From the NCBI RefSeq assembly GCF_004010195.1, contig NC_057718.1:23404637-23468636 (forward strand): a stretch of 64,000 nt of DNA, given 5' to 3'. The translations under genes were made by a program, and so were the position numbers. A model generated the notes under the pieces. That model was given only the letters and a program-made list of their open reading frames with translations. It was not told where the DNA came from and searched no databases. Source of the stretch: Chiloscyllium plagiosum (lineage: Eukaryota). This document shows, one piece after another, positions 22,530-36,116 of this stretch (position 1 is the first letter of the stretch; the number at the start of each line of letters is the position of its first letter).

Positions 22530-25500
22530 TGGATACAGCTCTGATACCGTTACAGCCAGGAGATGGATATAGCTCTGATACATTACTGCCGGGAGATGGA
22601 TACAGCTCTGACACCATTACTGCCGGGAAATGGATACAGCCCTGACACCATTACTGCCGGGAGATGGACAAAGCCCTGATACCGTTACTGCCGGGAAATG
22701 GATATAGCCTCGATACCGTTACAGGTGGGAGATAGATACAGCCCTGACACCGCTACTGCCAGGAGATGGATACAGCCCTGATACCGTTACAGCTAGGTGA
22801 TGGATACAGCCATGATACCGTTACTGCCGAGAGATGGATACAGCCATGATACCGTTACAGCCGGGAGATGGATACAGGTCTGATACCATTACTGCCGGGA
22901 GATGGATATAGCCTCGATACCGTTACAGCTGAGAGATGGATACAGCCCTGACACCATTATTGCCAGAGATTGATACAGCCCTGACACCTTTACTGCCGGG
23001 AGATGGGTACAGCTCTGATACCGTTACTGCCGGGAAATGGATACAGCCCTGACACCGTTACTGCCGGGAGATGGGTACAGCTCTGATACAGTTACTGCCG
23101 GGAAATGGGTAGAGCCTCGATACCGTTACTGCTGGGAGATGGATACAGCCATGATACCATTACTGCCGGTGATAGATATAGCCTCGATACCGTTATAGCC
23201 GGTAGATGGATACAGCCCTGACACCGTTACTGCCGGGAGATGGATACAGCCCTGATACCGTTACAGCCAGGAGATGGATACAGCTCTGACACTGTTACTG
23301 CCGGGAGATGGGTACAGCTCTGATACAGTTACTGCCAGGAAATGGGTAGAGCCCAGACACCGTTACTGCCGGGAGATGGATACAGCCCTGATACTGTTAC
23401 TGCCGGGGCATGGATACAGCTCTGATACTGTTACAGCCAGGAGATGGATATAGCTCTGATACCATTACTGCCGGAGATGGATACAGCTCTNNNNNNNNNN
23501 NNNNNNNNNNNNNNNNNNNNNNNNNNNNNNNNNNNNNNNNNNNNNNNNNNNNNNNNNNNNNNNNNNNNNNNNNNNNNNNNNNNNNNNNNNNNNNNNNNNN
23601 NNNNNNNNAGCTCTGATACCGTTACTGCCGGGAGATGGATATAGCTCTGATACCGTTACTGCCGGGAGATGGATACAGCTCTGACACCGTTACTGCCGGG
23701 AAATGGGTGGATCCCAGACACCGGTACTGCCGGGAGATGGATACAGCCCTGATACCATTACAGCCGGGAGATGGATACAGCTCTGATACCATTACAGCCG
23801 GGAGATGGATACAGCTCTGATACCATTACTGCTGGGAGATGGATAGAGCCCTGACACCGTTACTGCTGTTATATGGATATAGCCTCGATACCATTACAGT
23901 TGGGAGATGGATACAGCCCTGACACCGTTACTGCCGGGAGACGGATACAGCCCTGATACCATTACAGCTGAGATATGGATATAGCCTCGATACCATTACA
24001 GCTGGGAGATGCATACAGCCCTCTCACCGTTACTGCCGGGAGATGGATACAGCCTTGACACCGTTACTGCCGGGAGATGGATACAGCCTTGACACCGTTA
24101 CTGCCGGGAGATGGATACAGCCCTAATACGTTACTGCCGGGAGATGGATACAGCCCTGACACTGTTACTGCCGGGAGATGGATATAGCTCTGATACCGTT
24201 ACTGCCGGGAGATGGATACAGCTCTGACACCGTTACAGCCGGGAGATGGATACAGCCCTGATACCATTACTGCCGGAAGATGGATACAGCCCTGGCACCG
24301 TTACTGCTGGGAGATGGATACAGCCTCGATACCGTAACAGCTGGGAGATGAATACAGCTCTGATACCGTTACTGCCGGGAGATGGATATAGCTCTGATAC
24401 CGTTACTGCCGGGAGATGGATACAGCCCTGACACCGTTACTGCCGGGAGATGGATACAGCCTCGATACCGTAACAGCTGGGAGATGGATACAGCCCTGAC
24501 ACCTTTACTGCCGCGAGATGGATACAGCACTGACACCGTTACTGCCGGGAGATGGATACTGCCCTGGCACCATTATTGCCGGGAGATGGATACAGTTCGG
24601 ATACCATTACAGCCGGGAGATGGATAGAGCCCAGACACCATTACTGCCGGGAGATGGATAGAGCCCTGATACCGTTACTGCCGGGAGATGGATAGAGCCC
24701 TGATACTGTTACAGCTGGGAGATAGATACTGCCCTGATACCATTACAGCTGGGAGGTGGATACAGCCCTGACACCTTTACAGCCGGGAGATGGATACAGC
24801 ACTGACACCGTTACTGCCGGGAGATGGATACAGCTCGGACACCATTACAGCCGGGAGATGGATAGAGCCCAGACTCCATTACTGCCGGGAGATGGATAGA
24901 GCCCAGACTCCATTACTGCCGGGAGATGGATAGAGTCCTGATACTGTTACAGCTGGGAGATAGATACTGCCCTGATACCATTACTGCTGGGAGATGGATA
25001 CAGCCCTGACACCGTTACAGCCGGGAGATGGATAGAGCCCTGACACCGTTACTGCCGGGAGATGGATACTGCCCTGGCACCATTATTGCCGGGAGATGGA
25101 TACAGTCCTGACACCGTTACTGCCGGGAGATGGATACAGCTCTGATACTGGTACTGCCGGGGCATGGGTACAGCTCTGATATCATTACTGCCGGGAGATG
25201 GATACAGCCCTGACACCATTACTGCCGGGAGATGGATACAGCCCTGATACTGTTACAGCCGGGAGATGGATACAGCTCTGACACCGTTACTGCCGGATGA
25301 TGGATATAGCTTCGATACCGTTACAGCCGATAGATGGATACAGCCCTGACACCGTTTCTGCTGGGAGATGGATACAGCTCTGACACCGTTACAGCTGGGA
25401 GATAGATACAGCTCTGACACCGTTACAGCCGGGAGTTGGATACAGCCCTGATACCGTTACAGCCGGGAGATGGATACAGCCCTGATACTGTTACTGCCAG

Positions 25501-25580
25501 GAGATGGATACAGCCCTGATACCGTTACTGCCGCAAGATGGATACAGCCCTGATACCGTTACAGCCGGGAGATGGATACC
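22530..25580. repeat. 34-bp minisatellite, roughly 85-90 units
   Basis: Consensus gggagatggatacagccctgataccgttactgcc, period 34 (e.g. 22591, 22625); no spacers; includes an N gap. Confidence 0.97.
23491..23608. other. Assembly gap (118 N)
   Basis: Run of N inside the minisatellite. Confidence 0.99.
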
Positions 25581-25864
25581 GCCCTTTGTTGGGAAGGGTG
25601 CTGCCTGTCATTGGCTACTCACGCATTTCCTTTCTTCCTGGTGGTAGAATATGGATAAACATTTTCTGTGCTCTTTGCTCTTCACTCTGTCCTACTCCTG
25701 CACACATATGGCATGGTTGCTGTGGATTAAGTAAGTACAACTGCTGTTTGGCAGTAGTTTATTTAAAAAAAGGAAAAAACATGTGTAACCAGGGCATTTG
25801 GAATCTGAATAAATATTTCTGCATGAAAACGTGTAACTAGGGGAATTAGAATCTCCCCAGTTCA

Positions 25865-26047
25865 GACTGTACTGTACATACCTGTGTACTGTTAACCTGT
25901 ATACTGTATGTACCTGTATATAGTATATACCTGTGTACTGCATCTACCTGTATACTGTATAAACCTGTACACTGTTTTTACCTGTATATTGAGTATACCT
26001 GCATACTCAGTATGTACCTGTGTACTGTATACACCTGTGTACTGTCC
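25865..26047. repeat. Degenerate short tandem repeat (acctgt(g/a)tactgtat-like) inside the 3' LTR
   Basis: Repeated cctgtgtactg / cctgtatactg units. Confidence 0.8.
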
Positions 26048-27566
26048 ACAAGTAAATAAAAAGTGAATTGGTGACAGAATACCAGACTCTGTGCAGTTAT
26101 TTCATTTGCTTTTATGCATTTGCTGCTGATAGGCTTACTAGCAAACCTATCAGTGGTAATTATAGGATAGGGGTATCCTCTGGTGTTGCAGCAAGAAACA
26201 CCATCCAAATGCTCCCTGCAATATCTTGTGGATACACCTGCATTCTGAAATCCAGTGGTGGGTTACATGGGATCCCTCACTGGGTTACATTGTGGATTTC
26301 AGGCTACATAGGAGACAAACCTGTGTTAGTGACATCGAGCTTAATGCAGATTCAGCTCCATTTTGTACCAAGTTTACGCTTATTTCCTAAGATTCATCAG
26401 CCTCATGTTCTGCTCCCTGGTTCCCTGGAAGAGTCACACTGGTCACATTAACTTTACTTCTTGCTCCACAGTTGCTGCAGGTCCTGCTAGGTTTCTGCTG
26501 CACTTTCTGTTTCTTATTTCAGATCGCGAGCATCTGCAGTTCTTGGGTTTTTAATATTACTCAGCTGCACAACATTTGGAATCATTTTATCCAATCACTT
26601 TTCATCACCAGGTATATTGACTCTTACCACAAGATGTTTTGTTTTTAATTATAATTTTCATGTTTACAATATTGAAATGTCCAGAGGGGACACACAGTAG
26701 AGATCATGAGATCCCTAAAGAAAGTAAAGGAAGAAACTTCTCTGATAAGGTCCTATGCCATCATTAATAAGGTCACATGCCATAACACAGTGATTACAGG
26801 TTTTGGTATCCTATGTACTACCACTGAGACACATTCCAACAAGTTGAACATTACCTTCGCCGATCGCCATTTCTTCATTGCTGATGGGTCAAAACCCCCG
26901 AACATCCTTCCCCATAACACTGATGGTGTATCTCCACCAAACAGACTTGAGCAGCTCAAGAAGGCAGCTCACCACCAACCCCTTGAGGGCATTGAGAAAT
27001 GGGCAATAATTGTTAGCCTTTTGCATATGCCCTGATTACCACTGCTGGCAGCTCATGGTATCTGGCACCACTGCTGTTACAGGGTTTCTGAGATATTTTG
27101 CAGCCATTAATTCTCCTTTGACTCCACTGTGTCTACAGTCTGTCTAGTTATCAGTGCTAGAGGAGAGTCTACTTGTGAGTCTGACCAGATGAGGCATTTG
27201 CTTTGGTTAACAAAATAGTTTGTTGTATGATTACAACAAATTGAACTTAAATGACAAGTCAAGCATAACTAATAAGGATTTTCAGGAGCTGTACAAAAGA
27301 AAAACTTTCTCCCCATAAACGTCAGTGCAAAGCAAAGTTGCCATTGTCCCAATATACCATAGGATCACTTTCTCATTTCAGTGAGATGACTGTTGGTGAG
27401 CTTAACTTAATGGTCACCACCCCGAGGACTGGAGTTGAGAAAGCAGGCACCTTCATGCTGATGTCAGCTGGTCCAGGAAATGGACCCAAGCTGTCACCAT
27501 CATGCTGAATCACATGCCAGCCCTTAGACACCAAACCAACCCTCATGTCCTCTCCATGCCTGGTCA

Positions 27567-27905
27567 GAGGCTGAGGAGATTTATAAAATGATGAGGGGCA
27601 TGGACAGACTAAATAGACAAAGTCTTTTTCCCTGGGATGGGGGAGTCCAGAACGAGAGGGCATAGGTTTAGGGTGAGAGGGGAAAAATATAAAAGGGACC
27701 TAAGGGGCAACCTTTTCACACAAAAGGTGGTAAAGGTGGTGCCTATATGGACTGAGCTGCCAAAGGAAGTGGTGGAGGCTGGTACATTTGCAACATTTAA
27801 AAGACATCTGGATGGGTATAGGAATAAGTAGGGTTTGGAGGGATATGGGCCGGGTGCTGGCAAATGGGACTAGAATAATTTCGGATATCTGGTCAGCATT
27901 GACGG
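27567..27905 (+). mobile_element. CR1 LINE 3' fragment
   Basis: GESRTRGHRFRVRGEKYKRDLRGNLFTQ. Confidence 0.9.
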
Positions 27906-28319
27906 TTTGAAATGCATCTTTTGCTAATGAATGTGCATTGATCTGAAACATGAGCAGGTCCTACTCCCACAGATCTTGTCTGATCTGTTGTGTATTTCAA
28001 CAAATCTTATGCTTATTTTTGGTTTCCAGCATCAGTTATATTTTACTTGGGCAATCCACTTCTGTTGGAGTGCTGTTAATCCTAAACCATAACCTTTCAG
28101 AGAACAGGCTTTCAATTTTAATTAAAATACCAACATTGGAGACATTCCCTTGCATTTTCATTATATAAATTCATCTTTAAGCAAACAGAAGTTGCCCTCA
28201 AGGTTATCCCAAACAAATCTGTGATTTCAATTCATCTTATTTGTTATCTCCCATTAGAAGAGGATGTTATGAAGACTTTGAAAACCTGCAATCTTAGCAA
28301 TTCTCAATGATATTATGTT

Positions 28320-28625
28320 TTAGATTAGATTAGATTAGATTATTACAGTGTGGAAACAGGCCCTTCGGCCCAACAAGTCCACACCGCCCCGCCGAAGCGC
28401 AACCCACCCATACCCCTACATTTATCCCTTACCTAACACTACGGGCAATTTAGCATGGCCAATTCACCTGACCTGCACATCTTTGGACTGTGGGAGGAAA
28501 CCAGAGCACCCGGAGGAAACCCACGCAGACACAGGGAGAACGTGCAAACTCCACACAGTCAGTCGCCTGAGGCAGTCTCTGGCGCTGTGAGGCAGCAGTG
28601 CTAACCACTGTGCCACCGTGCTGCC
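28320..28625 (-). mobile_element. HE1 SINE, near full length
   Basis: Reverse complement ggcagcacggtggcacagtggttagcactgctgcc, V-domain, (tctaa)n tail. Confidence 0.92.
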
Positions 28626-29302
28626 CACAAATGTTCTTACCAATGCATTCACTTGTCACTGTTCTGATTAAGTTGTGCTTTCTACAACATATGTCTGTGC
28701 AGCATAACCAAGAGACTGGGCAAAAGGAAATATAATTCAGAGCTGACTGTTTGCAATGCCATGGGAAATCCATTCATAATGATTTGCCTGTTTGGTGTTA
28801 TACTGATTTTATTGTTTTATAGGATTTGCACATTGCTGGCTCAGATAGCATTCATTGCATGTCCCTAATTGCCCTTGAAGGTGAGCCAACCTCTTGAAGC
28901 ATTTTTTTGGAGTCGGTACACCCACAAAGTTTTTGGCAAACAATTGGCAAGATGTTGGCACAATAACAGTGAAGGAATTGTGGGTAGCTCGGAGGGGAAC
29001 TTGCAGGTGATGGTTGTTACCTTGCATCCACAGCCTTTGAGCATCGGGATGATGGAGGATGTGGATTTGGCAGATTCTATTTAAGCAAACTGCGGCCATT
29101 CATATATGGTATTCTTTGTTGGCACTGTGCATCAAAGGTGAAGGGAGAGATTACTGAAATGTTAAATGTTGTAAATACATTTGTTTTGATTTTGTTCTAT
29201 TGTACAGAATATAGTTCTGTGAATAATTCATTCCCATGTCACATTTATTAGATGGCTGTGTATTATTGCACAGATTCTAAACCGGACATACAGTGTAATG
29301 TT

Positions 29303-29540
29303 AACAAAAACAAAAGTTGCTGGAAAATCTCAGCAGGTCTGGCAGCATCTGTGGAGAGAAATTAGAGTTAATGTTTCAGGTCCAGTGCCCCTTGCTCAGA
29401 ACTTCTGAAGAAAGTTGACTGGACCCAAAATGTTAACTCTGATTTCTATGCACAGATGTTGCCAGACCTGCTAAGATTTTCCAGCAATTTCTGTTTTAGT
29501 TTCTAATTTCCAGCATTCACAGTTCTCTCAGTTTTTTATT
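29303..29540. mobile_element. Palindromic Penelope mini-element
   Basis: ttgctggaaaatctcagcaggtctggcagcatctgt arm and its reverse complement around a degenerate hammerhead. Confidence 0.8.
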
Positions 29541-30639
29541 CAGTCTAACCTTAAAACAGTAATATGTGGCATTCTGGCATAAGGCCTTGACTTCAGTTGC
29601 TGTTAATGCAATGGAATCAATGTAATATCCTCAGTCAGTCAGATATATGTGTGTGATGTACAATGACATAGGTAAGCATAGATATGTATGTCTGTGATTT
29701 GAAAATGATGTAAGTAGTGTTGTTAACAATTTTTAAGGCATTTGTCTCATCAAGAACCTGGTCTTTGTGATGTATGTTACGTGAACTGACATATACAGCA
29801 GCACCCAGATTATATTATTATTGCAGGGCTGTTTGACTCAAGAATCTATATCATGCTGACACATCAACTGGGCAGGTTGTATAATCATTCAGTATCACTG
29901 CTGTTCTAAGTAACCATTTTTATCAGGAAACAATACATTTCAGTGATTAATTGAGAAAGTGCACACTGCTGTTGAACTCTTAACTCTACCTTTCCTCATA
30001 CTACACACCGAATGCAAGAATGAGAAGAATGATAGACAGGCAAGCTACATCCGAGTTGATTACTTGTGTGACCTGCCGATTTATATGAATATTCTTCCTT
30101 AACCTTGCCTCACCTTATAGTCATGACACCACGAAGGTATGCACATAACATTATAGTGTGCATTCTATCAATCCGCAGTTAATCAAAGAATCAGAGAGTG
30201 ATATTGTACAGAAGGAAACATTCAGTCTATTAATGCCAGCACTGGTTCGTTTACTCTCTTGCTATTTCCACATAGCTATGAACATTTTTGCATCTCATGT
30301 CTGATTCCCTTTTGAGAGTTAATGATTGAAGCTGCCTCCACCACCTTTTCCAACAGGACATTCTAAATCACAACAATTTACTATTAAAGACCCAACAGTA
30401 ATGCAATGCAAGTTGATGTTGCACGGTCAGCTTTTTTCCATCATGTTGCTTTTGATTATTTTATTAAATGCCTTGAAGCAGTGTTTAATTACTGATCCTT
30501 TTGCCATTGATAATAACTTCTCCACAATACGATATCTAATCCATTGGCGATTTCAATCACATTGATCAAATTGTCCCTTAACCTTCTCTGCTCTAAGGAG
30601 ATTAATCCCCAGTTTCTCTTGTCTCTGTGTAACTCAACC

Positions 30640-31790
30640 CATGTTTGACTTTGGGCAAATCATGTTTGACTAATTGCTCGAGTCCTTCAAAGATGTAACA
30701 GACAAAGTGGATAATGGGGATCCTGTAGATGTACTATATCTGAACTTAGGGAAAGCTTTTGATTAGGTGCCACACAAAACATTAATTCACAAGGTTGGAT
30801 CAGAAGATTAGGAGTAATTTATTAGCTTGGATAAATGACTGGCTGATGGACTGAAGACAGAGAGTTGGGATAAATAGGTTTTGTTTGGGACGGCAGAATG
30901 TAACTTGTGGGGTGCCATAGGCTTTGGTCCCCAGCTATTTACAATCTACATTAATGACTACGATATAGGGATAGAAGGCTCTGTAGCTAAATTTGCAGAT
31001 GACACAAAAAATAGGTAGGATGATAAATTGCAATGAGAAAATAAGAACTTTGCAAATGGATACCATTACGAATAAGAACCTTACAATACCAAAATGTGAC
31101 AGATGGAGTTTAATGTAGGTAAGTGTGAAGTCTTGCATTTTGGTCGGAAAAATGGGAAGGCGACCTATTATCTAAATGGGGAGAGATGTCGGGGTGCTCC
31201 GGTGCAGAGGGATCTGGGTGTCCTCATTCATGAGTCACAGAAAACAATCACTCAGGTATAGCAGATAGTATAGAAAGCAAATGGAATGTTGGCTTTTATA
31301 GTGAAAGGAATAGAATGTAAAGGTAAGGAAGTATTGTTGCAACTAAACAAGGCATTGGTGAAACTGTACCTGAGGTATTGTGCATAGTTTTGGTCCCTTT
31401 ATTTGAGGAGCGATGTAGTGGCGTCGGACGCAGTTCAGAGGAGGTTCACTGGATTGATGCCAGAGATGAGAGATTTGTCGTATGAAGAGAGATTGAATAG
31501 TTTAGACCTACACTCTCTGGAATTTAGAAAAAGAGGGGTGATAAAATTGAGATACTCAAGATAAAATAGATGTGGAGCGGATGCTTCCTCTTATGGGGCA
31601 TGCTAGGACCTACTTCTCCCATACGGTTGTGAAACTGTGGAATTCACCACCCCAAAGTGTGGTGGATGTTAGGACAGTGGGTAAATTTAAGGAGAGGTTA
31701 GACAGATTTTTAATTGGTAGTGGGTTGAAGGGTTATGGGGAGAAGGCAGGAAAATGGGGTGAGGAGCATATCAGTCTTGATCTTATGACC
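30640..31790 (+). mobile_element. Older CR1 LINE RT/3' fragment
   Basis: KSCLTNCSS, KFADDTKIG, EFNVGKCEVLHFG. Confidence 0.88.
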
Positions 31791-33579
31791 TTTTTCATTC
31801 CTGGAGTTATTCTCAGAAATCTCTTCAGTGTCCAGATTTCTACATCCTTTTAATTTTAAGGAAACAGACACAATACTCCAACTGGAGTCAAAGCAGTATT
31901 TCATCGAAGCTTGTTATAGATTCTTTGCACTTGTGCTCCATGTCACCATTTATAAAGCCAAGGGTGCCACATGCTTTTTCTTTAACAATCCTGACATCCC
32001 ATCCTGATCCCTTCAAAGACTTGTATACATATGTTGCCATATCTCTATGCACTTCCATCCCCTTTAATATTGAACCATTTCTTTAATGTTACATCCCCAC
32101 ATTTTTGTTTTAAAATTGAATTGTCATTAAGTATATTCAAGATAAATGTAGGTTGTTAATCATTAAATAAATCAAGGATTGTAGGGAAAAGGCAGGAAAA
32201 TGTAACTGAGGATTGTCAGAGCAGCCATGATCTCATTTACTACTGGATCAGATTTGATGGGCGGAATGGTCTACTTTGTCTCCTACATTGTGTGGTCTTA
32301 TAGATGCAGCAAAGGTTTGCACCATCAGACAATGGCTCTTCATGTTAGACTTTCCTTTAAGCTGTCATAAGCCAAGACACTCTGATCTCATCAACATGAC
32401 TGCATTTAAACTAGGCCTCAGATGTTACAGACAGTCGACAGCCATGATTTGTAGCTCAATATTGAGCTGACACTAAATAGTATGCTCGTGACGATGCCCA
32501 ATATGGTAAAACAAATCTCACACTGGTGGCCTGGAAAGAGCTCTATTATTTTAATGCTAAAGCATGTCTTTGGGACCTGCAGTGTCCAGTTATGTTATCC
32601 TTGACTTGTGAATATTTGACACTGACAATGTTATCATCTGGTGCAAAGATGAATAGTTTCAATTATTTAGAATGAGCGTTGTTCCTTATTCTTGAAATAA
32701 GCCAAACCCTTGCCCTATCCAGAGAAAAAAAACAACGTAACAATAATACCCTATTTCTGAAATTCCAGTGTGCTCTTTGATGGCAACTACTAAATCAAAA
32801 AGAACAACTTTTGCAACAAGTCTCTGAAGTAGGTTAATTTAGTTTCCTGCATGTGATCTACAGGTCTGATTATTACACTGGAGAACATTCATCACTCAAA
32901 CAAGTTTAATGAAGAGAATTCAGGCACTAATGGTATCCACTGCTGTTAGTACTTTCCCATCATGCTCCCGTAATATGATTTCAAAACCATTCAATCGTGA
33001 AATGCTTTTATTGCTGCATCAGTGGTTATCAGCCCTCAACACTGCTCAGTGTCAACTCGAAAAAAGATGTCCAATGTGGGATTATTCAAACATCCTGCAT
33101 CATTTAAACAGGAAAGGGGTTCTAAATGCCCTGAGATGGCAGTATCTGTCCCATTCCTGTTACTCCTCCACTGTCTTTATTGACAATGTATTGCACTTTA
33201 GAATTTCAGACTGGTAAGTGCCATGTCAAAGCAGGGAAATTGTGTGGAGCTGCCTCATGAGTGGTGTCATTGCAGAAAGACACACTGGACTGAAAAGTTC
33301 ATGATCTCAGAGGGGCAGAACTTTAAAAGAGAAGCTGAACAGAAAACTCCTGGGACCAATGCTTTAGAATGGAAACAGGAAACAGGATACTGGCATATCT
33401 AATCCAAACAGTGTTATACAACACAGAAACAGACTCTTCGGTCCAACCAGTCTTTGCCGCACATAATCTCAAACTAAACTAATCCAGCTTGCACTCTATA
33501 TTTACTGAGATACCTTTCAGATCCTACTGTAGTTTTAATGAGTTTTGGGCATGAATTAGCTGGTAGCATTTCATTTCTG

Positions 33580-33900
33580 TGTTAAAGTTTCCAAGATCAA
33601 GTCTCCTTCCAGGGCTGAAGCACAAAATAAAAGCTTGACAATGCAGCATTAAACCCGTCTGCTCTCTCAGGAGGATGATATGGCAATATTTTGGAGAGCA
33701 GGGGAATTATCCCTCAATCAGCACAACAAAAACAGATTACCTGCTTCTTATCATCTTGTTGGTTGTGGAGCTTTCTGTGCATAAATTGACAGCCTCATTT
33801 CCGATGTTACAACAATAAGTATACTTAAAAAAAACAACTTAATTATCAGTAAAACACCTTGAGAAAGCTGTTCATTATGAAAAGTGCTGTAAAAATGCTA
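33580..33900 (+). mobile_element. Decayed Deu-domain SINE (SacSINE1-like)
   Basis: ggagagcaggggaattatcc..aaaacagattacctg..ataaattgacagcctcatttcc..aaaagtgctgtaaaaatgc; homologous to the reverse of 61330-61790. Confidence 0.5.
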
Positions 33901-34079
33901 ATTTTCCTTTCTTTATTCTCTGATATTTCACTGGACACAAGATTGAAAAGGTACTCGTTATTTACACACCATGCAGTAGGTTTGCTGTCACCATCCTGTT
34001 TAAGTGTAACGATAGGATTTGCTTGGTCTGGCCTGATAGAGCAAAAGTACTCACTGCTTTAATCAGTTGAGTCTCTTGT

Positions 34080-35270
34080 ATTGAAAACTAAGTCATTTAT
34101 TGCATGTTAGCAACAAGTTGCAGGTCACATTAATATAATAGACAATGTTGCAGAAACTATGTGGAGAATCTGGATGTTAGGTTCCACTACTTTGATATCT
34201 TCAGTTGTTCTGTCCATGAGTTCACATGACATCATAAAATTGGACTGTGGGGGATTATGACAATCCTAAATTGTAACCCTTTGAGGCCTTTTCAGATTCA
34301 TCTTTCCCCCAGCTTTATTTATCATCCTTAATGTTATACATTTGTGTATATAAGTTTCTTACCACTACCCTTCTTTCCCAGGTCTCTGACTTTACAAATT
34401 CAGATGATCCCCCAGAGGATGTTCTCTTCAGAGTTGACAAACTGATAGCTTGATAAGTGGAAGATTATTGCCTTTTCATCTATAAATCCCTTGAAACTGG
34501 AAGATTTTTAATCTCTTGGACTTCCTTCATGGAGGAGACATTAACTGCTGAAGCAGACTATTTATTTCTTGCAATATCTTGAATAGTTGGATCTTTGTTG
34601 TTCCTTTCAGTGGTGGCTTTCATGGAGTTGTATGCACCATATCTTCAACCTGTCTCAGCAGATTTTTATTCCCAATCTTCCTGTAGCTCTGTGCTGAACT
34701 ATGTGGAATTTTTATTCAACTTTTTTTATTTGTTTTGGACTTTCTCATCCATCCTAAACTATCACATTCAAGCAATTAAAATTCTAACATGTTGAATTGA
34801 AAACAAATGATTCCCATATCTTTTATGGTTTCTCAAGATGAATGTCACTGTTTATGGCCTTAGTAAATCATTCCCATTTCCATAATGGATTTATTGAATG
34901 AATCCCATTACCTGCAGCTTGATTAAATGATGCTTACTTTAATCACAATTTTACTAAATAATTCCAGCCACTTGTGACTTAAAGAGATGAAACCAATTCA
35001 ATTTTAAAAATTGTTTTATTTTTGTATGATTTCTGCTGTCTGTGGCTCCAATCTTGAAATGGATTTTTCAGTGTTTTTCCCTCAGACAGTTCTCATTGCC
35101 CATGGTTTTAATAAATGTTTCCTGTTTTAACACCATTTTAATGAAGGATGTTTTGCCTTTACCTGTGGCCTTCGTGAAGTCTTCCAATGTTTTACTTCTG
35201 AGGCAGCTTAGGCCTTTAAACTACTCTTTTGTGCCTTTAATTCTAACATTGCAATGTCCCTGAGCCTACA
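34080..35270 (-). mobile_element. Very decayed LINE RT, probably RTE clade
   Basis: A-rich minus strand with remnants FIDEKA and RNLY, plus a degenerate QG..SP-like segment, in RT order. Confidence 0.4.
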
Positions 35271-35654
35271 ATCTCAGTAGAAATTGCTTTTGTCACCCTT
35301 GATTTCCCTGTGGCTATGCCTCATAGCACCTACCTACTATAGCAGCAATGTTCTATCTGAGCTGTGAGTGGTGGCCGTACCTCACCCTTTCCAAGTCTGT
35401 AAGTACGGCACTGCGTTTTAAAGTTTTTTCCTTGTATTGCATAGATTTAATTTTATTTAAACAGCCACTGTGTCCGTTCAATCTGTGACTGAACCCCAAC
35501 TTGAGACTGCTGCTATAGAACACAAGCTATATATTGCAATAGAGTCTGTACCTGATTTAGAGCAATTAATTCTCCTTCACCAAGCAGTGCCAACTCTCCT
35601 GATGCAGCACCTCTCTTACCAGGTCTGAAATGATTTTATCATTGATTATAGCAT

Positions 35655-35985
35655 CACAAAGTCATAGAGATGTACAGCATAGAAACTGTCCCTTCGGTCC
35701 AACTTGTCCATGCTGACTAGAGATCCCAAATTAATTTGGTCCCATTTGCCAGCATTTGGCCCATCTCCCTCTAAACCCTTCTTATTCATATAACCATTCA
35801 GAAGCCTTTTAAATGTTGTAATTGTAATTGTACCAGCCTCCACCACTCCTCCAGCAGCTGATTCCATACACGCACCATCCTCTGTGTGAAAAAGTTGTCT
35901 CTTAGGTCTGTTTTACATCTTCCACCTCTTACTTTAAACCTCTGCCCTCTAGGTTTTGGACTCCCCTACTTTGGGGGAAAGGTTT
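35655..35985 (-). mobile_element. CR1 LINE 3' end
   Basis: VVEAGTI..TFKRLLNGYMN plus 3' UTR. Confidence 0.88.
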
Positions 35986-35987
35986 TG

Positions 35988-36116
35988 GAGGAGAAAGTGA
36001 GGTCTGCAGATGCTGGAGATCAGAGATGGAAATGTGTTGCTGGAAAAGCGCAGCAGGTCAGGCAGCATCTAGGGAACAGGAGAATCGACGTTTCGGGCAT
36101 TAGCCCTTCTTCAGGA
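35988..36116 (-). mobile_element. Penelope mini-element with intact hammerhead core
   Basis: ggaaaggttttgga direct repeat at both ends; minus strand CTGAAGA-agggc-taat-gccc-GAAACGTC. Confidence 0.85.

Larger units (their letters stand above)
20802..26104 (+). mobile_element. Decayed Gypsy/Ty3 LTR retrotransposon
   Basis: LTR-like ends ...atttca at 20998 and 26104 share attagaatctcc and aataaa..gtga..tggtgacag; PBS-like tggtgacgag at 21000; RT LPFGVSSA..QVAIYLDD (~21235-21330); RNase H YAQIEKEGLAVVFG..TDHKPL; integrase zinc-finger HQGHP. Confidence 0.85.

Noticed and set aside
22530..25580. 34-bp repeats as a CRISPR array, or the short ORFs in them as proteins
   Set aside because: Units are contiguous with no unique spacers, there are no cas genes and the context is vertebrate; the period is not a multiple of 3 and stops are frequent.
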